A DNA stretch of 64,000 nucleotides from Parcubacteria group bacterium M6-OD1-1 (GTDB lineage: Bacteria > Patescibacteriota > Minisyncoccia > GWC2-36-17 > M10-OD1-4): assembly GCA_003056085.1 (NCBI GenBank), contig LSNK01000002.1, positions 110,575 through 174,574 on the forward strand, in the 5' to 3' direction. This document shows, piece by piece, positions 57,755 through 64,000 of this stretch (its first letter is position 1; each line of letters starts with the position of its first letter). The notes below the pieces were generated by a model. That model did not search any database. It was not told the DNA's origin and saw only the letters and a list, made by a program, of their open reading frames with translations. Both the position numbers and the translations under genes were made by a program.

Positions 57755-58801
57755 ATGCAAACCTCAAGAAATATTACTATCGCTGGAGGAGGAATTGGCG
57801 GATTAGTTTCAGGTATTATTTTACAAAAAGCCGGTTTTTCTGTCTCAGTTTTTGAAAAACTCAACAATTGCGGCGCACGCTTTCACGGAGATTGGCAAGG
57901 AATAGAAAATTGGAGCTCTGATAAAGATATTATTGAAGAGCTTAAAATATTTGGTATAGACATTACCGATATTATTATTCCCACCAGTAACTTTACAGCC
58001 TTTTCTTATAAAAAAACATTTCAGATAAACTCTTCTTACCCTGCATTTTATTTGGTAAAAAGAGGTTCTGATAAAGGAACTCTTGATCAAAAGCTGAAAT
58101 ACATTGCGGAACAATGCGGCGTCAAAATTCATTACGACACTCCTGTTGTGAGTATGGACAATATTGATATTGTCGCCACCGGACCAAATCCGAAAAATTC
58201 CATATATATAGCAAAAGGTCTTAATTTTACAACCGATTGCTATAATGTTGCCGCTGTGTATTTAGATACCAAACGATTCCCTTACGGCTATGCGTATTTC
58301 TTAACAATAAATGGACAGGCAACACTTGCGATGTGCGGTAAAAAAAATACCCTTCAAAAAAAAGAGAAAATGCTAAATGATGCTATTGATTTTTTCAGAA
58401 GCAAACTGGGATTATTTGAAATTCAAAATAAAAGAAATTTTGGCGGCTATGGCATCACACCACTTCCTAATATCTTCTCCATCTCAAAACCTCTCATTAT
58501 TGGAGAAGCTGCGGGACTTCAAGATAATCTCTTTGGATTTGGAATGAGATACGCGTTTAGGTCGGCAATAGCCGCTTCTCAATGCATTGCTAATGATGTG
58601 CCTTATCATTCATTTTTTAAAAATAAATTGGCACCGGATGTTGTTGCAAGCCGTCTCTGGGGAAAAATCATATTTAGGGCGCTCAAAAATCCGGGCATTG
58701 ACTTTATATGTTCTATGGCGGAAAAAGATTGTCAGTCATCATTAAAACCTTTCTATAATTCTTCTTTGTTCACCAAAATTGCTGGACCAATATTTTCTTA
58801 A
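57755..58801 (+). CDS. FAD-dependent oxidoreductase (geranylgeranyl reductase / NAD(P)-binding Rossmann family)
   Basis: ITIAGGGIGGLVSGIILQKAGFSVSVFEK dinucleotide-binding motif; GEAAGL. Confidence 0.55.
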   Translation: MQTSRNITIAGGGIGGLVSGIILQKAGFSVSVFEKLNNCGARFHGDWQGIENWSSDKDIIEELKIFGIDITDIIIPTSNFTAFSYKKTFQINSSYPAFYLVKRGSDKGTLDQKLKYIAEQCGVKIHYDTPVVSMDNIDIVATGPNPKNSIYIAKGLNFTTDCYNVAAVYLDTKRFPYGYAYFLTINGQATLAMCGKKNTLQKKEKMLNDAIDFFRSKLGLFEIQNKRNFGGYGITPLPNIFSISKPLIIGEAAGLQDNLFGFGMRYAFRSAIAASQCIANDVPYHSFFKNKLAPDVVASRLWGKIIFRALKNPGIDFICSMAEKDCQSSLKPFYNSSLFTKIAGPIFS

Positions 58802-58838
58802 AAAACACCGGTTATCCAAAGGATAACCGGTGTTTTTC
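58801..58838. terminator. bidirectional intrinsic terminator (12 bp stem CACCGGTTATCC/GGATAACCGGTG)
   Basis: AAAAACACCGGTTATCCAAAGGATAACCGGTGTTTTT between the convergent 57755 gene and ndk. Confidence 0.75.
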
Positions 58839-58854
58839 TATTTTTAGAACAATT

Positions 58855-59448
58855 TTACTCTAAAATACCATCTAAATTTATATCATAAAGCATCTTTTCA
58901 TTCACATGCTTGTAGTTTATTATTTCGTCATCTTTGAACCAAATTTTTATCTCTCTTTCCGCTTCTTCAGGGACATCTGAACAATGAAGTAAATTTCTAA
59001 CAGCTCTATTGCCAATATTTGCCAAAGCATATGAGTCTACCGTTAAATCTCCTCTTATAGTTCCAACATCAGAAGTTAGCGGCTCTGTTCCTCCTACAAT
59101 TTTTTTAACAATACCCACGGCTTGATTGCCTTCAATAATCATAGCAACAACAGGGCTTGCCGTCATGAAAGAAAAATTTCCTTCTAAAATCTCTCTTCCA
59201 TATTCTAAGGCACTTTTTTCCGGCTTATCGCCTTTTTCTTTAATATTTTTTATGGTAATATTTCCTTTTTCTTCACACCAAACATCATCTTTATTATAAT
59301 GAGCTGCAACTTGTTCCCTTGTAGGAACAACCATTTTTATAGCGGCAAACTTTAACCCTAATCTTTCAATTCTTTGTATTATCTCCCCCATAAGCGACCG
59401 ATGAACCGCATCGGGTTTTAATATTACAAGACTTCTCTCTTTAATCAT
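58855..59448 (-). CDS. ndk: nucleoside diphosphate kinase (long form with insertion)
   Basis: ERSLVILKPDAVHRSLMGEIIQRIE...; active-site region NLLHCSD. Confidence 0.75.
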   Translation of the reverse strand: MIKERSLVILKPDAVHRSLMGEIIQRIERLGLKFAAIKMVVPTREQVAAHYNKDDVWCEEKGNITIKNIKEKGDKPEKSALEYGREILEGNFSFMTASPVVAMIIEGNQAVGIVKKIVGGTEPLTSDVGTIRGDLTVDSYALANIGNRAVRNLLHCSDVPEEAEREIKIWFKDDEIINYKHVNEKMLYDINLDGILE

Positions 59449-59581
59449 TTTTTTAGATTACTTTAAATTACGAAATGAGCTTATTGCGAAAATTTAAAAT
59501 AAGATTTAATTTTAATAATTTTAAGATTAACATAAAAAATATAAATTTAAAAGGAAAAACGCAACATATTTGCTGCGTTTT

Positions 59582-60301
59582 CTAAAAATAAAACTGGTTT
59601 TTACCAAAAAGAACTGAGCTTGATGTTTTTGACCCGTGATGATTGATTTTTAAAACATCAACGTCAATATCAAGACCTGAATTTGATAAGTTTAACTCCT
59701 CTTTTAACTCAGCATCACCGGAAAACAAAAATTTCCTATCAAAAAATTTTAAAATCAATGCTAAAGAAGTATTATTTGGATTTTCCACTTTCACCCCTGA
59801 CATGTCAGAAAAAGGATATAAAACATCCATTGAAACAAATTCACCTAAATTTATTTGAACTCCCGCCTTTGCTTCTATTTTATTTATATTTTTTTCCTTT
59901 ACTAACCCGGACAACTCTTTGTAAAGGCTGTTTTTGTATTCAATGCTGGAAAATAATATATTGTCCACTTTATATCTTTTTAAAACATCAATGAGTCCGA
60001 AAATATGATCTTTTTGGGGATGCGTTATCACTAAAAGGTTTATTTCTCTATCATAAAAAGGCATAACTTTAGAAAGCTCAGATAAAACGGAATTGTCCGG
60101 ACCTCCGTCTATCAAAACCTGAATTTTTTCAGGTGTTTCAATGAAAATCGCATCCCCTTGCCCTACATTTAAAAAATAAATTTTTAAATTTCCATCTGCG
60201 CCATACTTAAAAATAAAACTCCAAATAAATATCACAATAATCAACACTCCACCCCAAAAATATAATTTATTTTTTGTATTTTTATTAAAATTAAAAATCA
60301 T
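59582..60301 (-). CDS. comEC: ComEC/Rec2 C-terminal metallo-beta-lactamase domain fragment, separated from the comEC body by a transposase insertion
   Basis: One transmembrane helix, then MBL-fold motifs VITHPQKDH...GDAE...HHGSK. Its start codon directly abuts palindrome P1. Confidence 0.6.
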   Translation of the reverse strand: MIFNFNKNTKNKLYFWGGVLIIVIFIWSFIFKYGADGNLKIYFLNVGQGDAIFIETPEKIQVLIDGGPDNSVLSELSKVMPFYDREINLLVITHPQKDHIFGLIDVLKRYKVDNILFSSIEYKNSLYKELSGLVKEKNINKIEAKAGVQINLGEFVSMDVLYPFSDMSGVKVENPNNTSLALILKFFDRKFLFSGDAELKEELNLSNSGLDIDVDVLKINHHGSKTSSSVLFGKNQFYF

Positions 60302-60307
60302 CCCCTC

Positions 60308-60332
60308 AACTTAGGGGTGCAACCCCTAAGTG
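60308..60332. repeat. REP-like palindrome P1 (CTTAGGGGTGCACCCCTAAG)
   Basis: Perfect 20 nt palindrome between the comEC MBL fragment and the transposase stop. Confidence 0.7.
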
Positions 60333-60346
60333 ATTTAACGCTAAAA

Positions 60347-61024
60347 TTATTCCAACAGAAAACTTTCTACCTCTTTTAATCTTTTTCTTCTTTCTAAAAT
60401 AGACTCCAGAGACTTTTTTGCAAATTTTCTATAATCTTCTTTATTTTTAAACTGATTTAAAATAATATCTTTCTTACAAAAATTATTTTCTGTATTTTCT
60501 GTATACTCCATCCAGCTTGACCTGCTTTTAACCAACTTAGGGGTTGCACCCCTAAGTTGATGAACTTCATTATTTAAATTAACATAAACACTCGTGTTTA
60601 AAAGTTGTTCGTTTGAATCTATATGCACGGACTTAAATCTTCCTTGAAAAAGCACTCCTGAACGATTATATTTTTTGTTAAAATATGAAGTATACCCGCC
60701 CAATCTTCTCATAAACTCACTAATACCACCATCAACAACTTGCTCTAATATAAAATGATAATGATTTGGATTAAGACAAAAAGCTAAAATATTTACTAAT
60801 TTAGAATCATTAACCAACTTAGGGGTTGAACCCCTAAGTTGGTTAATTTTAAATGATTGTGCGTAAATACTGCCTATAGGATTTATATTATTAAATTCAT
60901 TCATGCTCTGATAAAATCTATCAACATCATATTGGTCTAAAAAAACATTACGCTGATCTACGCCACGATTACAAATATGATAAAACTCATTATTTGTAAT
61001 AAATTGTATTTTTCTATTACCCAT
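60347..61024 (-). mobile_element. RAYT/IS200-like HUH Y1 transposase (transposase_17 family), 225 aa, with two in-frame palindrome insertions
   Basis: HUH motif NPNHYHFIL. Tyr-rich GGYTSYFNKKY, then GVLFQGRFKSVHIDSNEQL (the RAYT-type GxWQxRF motif). Peptides QLRGSTPKLV and QLRGATPKLV are encoded by palindrome copies at 60533-60560 and 60813-60841. Confidence 0.65.
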
Positions 61025-61040
61025 ATACTTAATATTGTAC

Positions 61041-61079
61041 CATAAACTTACTTAGGGGTTGAACCCCTAAGTAAGTTTA
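61041..61079. repeat. REP-like palindrome P4 (perfect 39 nt: ATAAACTTACTTAGGGGTT-G-AACCCCTAAGTAAGTTTAT)
   Basis: Lies exactly between the transposase start and the stop codon of the comEC N-terminal fragment. Confidence 0.75.
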
Positions 61080-62459
61080 TTAAAAAGAAATTGAGGAAAA
61101 AGACAGGCTTCCAAGAACCTCTATCACCTTCAGTTGGTAAGCTAAAATAAACCATAAAGGAAATACAAATATCTTAGCTAAAAAAAGAGAAACAAAACTC
61201 AATACTCCTGTTAAAAACGCCAAAAGCATAGCAATGGGTATTACGGGCAATATTAAAATATTAGCCAATGGAGAAATAACAGAAATCTGATTAAAATTAT
61301 ATATTAATATGGGCAAAACAGCGGCTTGCGCAGAGAGAGTCGCAGATAGTGTATCCCGCAATTTAAAAAAATTCGGAATCTTTTTAAATTTTTTTAAAAA
61401 ATAAGGATAAAAATACAATAGTCCTAAAGTTGCCAAAAAAGAAAGCTGAAAAGAAACATCAAATACTAAAATTTTTGGATTAAAAAGTATCATTAAAAAT
61501 GCAGCAAAAACAAGTGCGTTCAAAGAGTGTTGCGCTCTACCATAGTATCTTGCTAAAAGCAAAACCGAACCCATTAAGGCAGCCCTCACAACGGAAGCGG
61601 ATGCTCCCGTCATAACAACAAATAAAGTTATCGTAAAAATAGCAGTCAATACTATAACTTTTCTATTTGAAATAAAAAAACTGAATATCCACGCCAAGAA
61701 CATCACAATAATGGTTACATTAAAACCAGACAGCGCAATAATATGTGCTGTCCCTGTTTTTATAAAATCATCATATAATTTGGGCGGGATTTCCGACTTT
61801 GAACCAAAAATCACACCATTTATAAAATCAGCTTCCGGAGAAGGAAGTAAAATTTTAATATTATTTTCAAATTCTTTTTTAAATTTAAAAAGATTAGAAG
61901 CAATGACATTTCCTTTTTCTTTCTCTTTAACTTCAATTTTAGGATTTTGCATCAAAAAATATATATTATCTTTTGAAAGATATGCTCTATAATCAAAATC
62001 ATTAAAATTTTCCGGTTCTTTTAATTCTCCTCTCACCAAAATTAAATCTCCATACTCATACTCCGGATATCTTTCTGTTTTTATTAAAACCCTCTCTTTT
62101 TCTTTTGTTTGTAAAATAATTTTTTGTTTGACACCTTTAAACTCCGGCTCTCTTAAAATAATCCCTGAAATTTCTATATTTTCCCCAACAAACTTTTCCA
62201 ACGATAAATATTTTGGAGATGATTTTTGATACCAGAAAATCCCTGCAAAAAATATTAAAAAGAAAATAAAAAGAAGAAAAATGTGCTTTTTTTGAAAAAA
62301 AGAAAATAAAAAGACAGCAATGATAGAAAAAACAAATAATACCAAAAACAAGTCAAAACCAAAAAATGTTGCATAAAAAACGCCACCCAAAAAAGACAGC
62401 ATTGTAAATAAAAATATTTTTGATTTTGTAAAAATACTAAATTGACTCTTCATACTCAT
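61080..62459 (-). CDS. comEC: ComEC/Rec2 N-terminal (DUF4131-like) plus competence membrane domain, truncated before the MBL domain
   Basis: Multi-pass membrane region with GTAHIIALSGFNVTIIVMFLAWI (competence domain). Its stop codon abuts palindrome P4. Confidence 0.6.
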   Translation of the reverse strand: MSMKSQFSIFTKSKIFLFTMLSFLGGVFYATFFGFDLFLVLFVFSIIAVFLFSFFQKKHIFLLFIFFLIFFAGIFWYQKSSPKYLSLEKFVGENIEISGIILREPEFKGVKQKIILQTKEKERVLIKTERYPEYEYGDLILVRGELKEPENFNDFDYRAYLSKDNIYFLMQNPKIEVKEKEKGNVIASNLFKFKKEFENNIKILLPSPEADFINGVIFGSKSEIPPKLYDDFIKTGTAHIIALSGFNVTIIVMFLAWIFSFFISNRKVIVLTAIFTITLFVVMTGASASVVRAALMGSVLLLARYYGRAQHSLNALVFAAFLMILFNPKILVFDVSFQLSFLATLGLLYFYPYFLKKFKKIPNFFKLRDTLSATLSAQAAVLPILIYNFNQISVISPLANILILPVIPIAMLLAFLTGVLSFVSLFLAKIFVFPLWFILAYQLKVIEVLGSLSFSSISF

Positions 62460-64000
62460 GATAACCAGCCAGACTTTTTAAATCTTCTCCCTTCTTAAAT
62501 AAGAAAATTTTATTGAAATCAATTTTATTGATAAAATACCTATCATGACTTACTAATATTAATGTCCCTTTAAAATCTCTGACAGCCTCCTCCAATTTTT
62601 CAAGAGCTTCAAGGTCAAGATGATTAGACGGTTCATCTAAAACAAGACAATTTACTTTTTTAGACATAATAATAGCAAGTATAAGCCTGGACCTCACACC
62701 CGGACTTATATACTTTATTTTTTTATTTATATATTCTCCGTCAATTCCAAATCTATAAAGTAGAGCTCTTCCAAGACTAATATCTATATCCGTATCTTTT
62801 GAAAATTGCTTCAAAACTGTATTTTCATTATTAAAATAATTTTCTTGAGGTAAATATCCTATGCTCACTCGGGATCCTTTTTCTATACAACCTCCATCAT
62901 ACTCTGTCTGACCTAAAATAATCTTTAAAAAAGTTGACTTGCCAATTCCATTTGCGCCAAGAATCAAAATCTTATCACCATATTTTATTGATAGATTTAT
63001 TGGACCAATATTTACATCTTCTATATTTTTTACAACATTCTTAATTTCAAAAACCTTATCTCCGCTCCTTTCATCAACATCAAAATAAAGCCTTAGAGAA
63101 AGCTTTTCCTCTGGCTTCACTCCACTTTCTTTTACTAAAGATGCTTTCTTTTTTAAAAGTTTCGCTTCTTTTGCAAGCTTTCCAGCTTGTGTATTAAAAA
63201 CATCTTTAGTAAGATGATCTTTATCCGTTGCTTTACTACTTATATTTTTTTTCTGTCTTCCTCTTACCTCAATAAGAGAGACATCTCTCATTTTTTTATT
63301 TACTGCATGTTTTAATTTTTTCTCCGCTTTAACACTTTCATTATATACCCCCCACTTGTTTTCTAATATATTCTTTTTAGCTTTTATATAATCACTGTAA
63401 TTACCATTATAAATTTCTGATTTTTTGGAAAATTCATCAATTTCAATAATCTTACCTACTATTCTGTCAATAAACTTTCTATCATGAGATATAATTAAAA
63501 ATGTTTTATTGCTTTTTCTTATAAAATTTTCAAAAAATATTAAAGTTGCTATATCAAGATTATTTGTAGGTTCATCAAGTAAAAACAAACCTGCTTTGGA
63601 ATTTATTATTTTAATCAAAGCAACTTTTGATTTTTCTCCACCACTTAAATTTTTAATGCTTTTTTCTAAATACTTTTTATCAAGATTAAACTTATAAAAA
63701 TAATCTTCTATATTAGATTTATATTTTTCACTATTATTTTCCTGTATTAAATAATCCATAACTGAAATATCCTCCAAAAATTCTTGCGGAAAATATCCTA
63801 TATTTATTTTTTTCACAAAATCTAAACTTCCTTTGTCTGCTTTTAAAAAATCGCCCAATATTTTAAGAAGAGTGGATTTGCCTGATCCGTTCGTGCCGAC
63901 TAATCCGACTTTTTCTCCTTTATATAAACCAAAACTTATACCTTTAAGAACATTAAAATCATCATAGCTTTTTTCTATATTTGTAACCTTTAAGACTATT
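62437..64000 (-). CDS. ABC-F family ATPase (two ABC domains), N-terminus beyond the window edge
   Basis: Second domain Walker A GANGIGKST and signatures LSGGEKSKV and ISPGVRSRL. The reading frame stays open to position 64000, encoding ...KGEKVGLVGTNGSGKSTLLKIL (first Walker A). Confidence 0.8.
   Translation of the reverse strand, partial: IVLKVTNIEKSYDDFNVLKGISFGLYKGEKVGLVGTNGSGKSTLLKILGDFLKADKGSLDFVKKINIGYFPQEFLEDISVMDYLIQENNSEKYKSNIEDYFYKFNLDKKYLEKSIKNLSGGEKSKVALIKIINSKAGLFLLDEPTNNLDIATLIFFENFIRKSNKTFLIISHDRKFIDRIVGKIIEIDEFSKKSEIYNGNYSDYIKAKKNILENKWGVYNESVKAEKKLKHAVNKKMRDVSLIEVRGRQKKNISSKATDKDHLTKDVFNTQAGKLAKEAKLLKKKASLVKESGVKPEEKLSLRLYFDVDERSGDKVFEIKNVVKNIEDVNIGPINLSIKYGDKILILGANGIGKSTFLKIILGQTEYDGGCIEKGSRVSIGYLPQENYFNNENTVLKQFSKDTDIDISLGRALLYRFGIDGEYINKKIKYISPGVRSRLILAIIMSKKVNCLVLDEPSNHLDLEALEKLEEAVRDFKGTLILVSHDRYFINKIDFNKIFLFKKGEDLKSLAGYHEYEESI

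Noticed and set aside
60308-61079. The four GGGG/CCCC palindromes as a CRISPR array or as protein-coding tandem repeats
   Set aside because: The spacing is irregular (228, 280 and 240 nt) and the sequences between them encode the transposase. The palindromes are REP/IS200-type hairpins, not CRISPR repeats.

Overview
This 64 kb window is a low-GC bacterial chromosome segment with almost every gene on the minus strand. It carries housekeeping genes, and nothing in it is a recognisable defence or CRISPR system.

Gene content in window order:
- A partial dus gene at the left edge, then an RsuA/RluB-type pseudouridine synthase, a GNAT acetyltransferase and a tRNA-Gln locus.
- ftsE and ftsX, prfB with its +1 programmed frameshift, pepF, tRNA-Thr(CGT), a PAP2 phosphatase, a DgkA-family kinase, dut, an FtsB-like protein, lepA, murJ and a 768 aa membrane protein.
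- A polysaccharide cluster of three GT4 glycosyltransferases and a polyprenyl-phosphate sugar transferase. It is interrupted by a DUF3800 protein, a secreted hypothetical protein and a secreted M23 peptidase.
- rnhA, recJ, pilT, pgk, tpiA, galT, ruvX, map and adk.
- The complete secY-to-rpsJ ribosomal-protein block, followed by tuf, fusA, rpsG and rpsL.
- An M50 protease, rpmB, ndk, a comEC gene split in two by a RAYT/IS200-like HUH transposase, and an ABC-F ATPase that runs off the right edge.

The ribosomal block has no L30 gene between S5 and L15 and has a 61 aa S14 type Z. Together with the reduced gene set, this is consistent with a CPR/Patescibacteria-like genome (inference).

The most unusual content is non-coding:
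- A family of at least six structured intergenic elements of about 170-280 nt. On the coding strand each begins at or with the TAA stop codon of the upstream gene. Each carries a conserved inverted-repeat core (CCTCACTTGG ... CCAAGTGAGG) and stems with compensatory substitutions. Three copies sit inside the ribosomal-protein operon.
- Two copies of a ~140 nt three-stem candidate ncRNA, with G-U wobble evidence for plus-strand transcription.
- A nested, fragmented tRNA-Gln(CUG) locus. An intact tRNA flanked by long inverted repeats sits inside the pieces of a second copy.
- A second two-copy repeat family and AAAGU-rich spacers inside the ribosomal operon.
- REP-like perfect palindromes that flank the RAYT-like transposase and also occur twice, in frame, inside its ORF.
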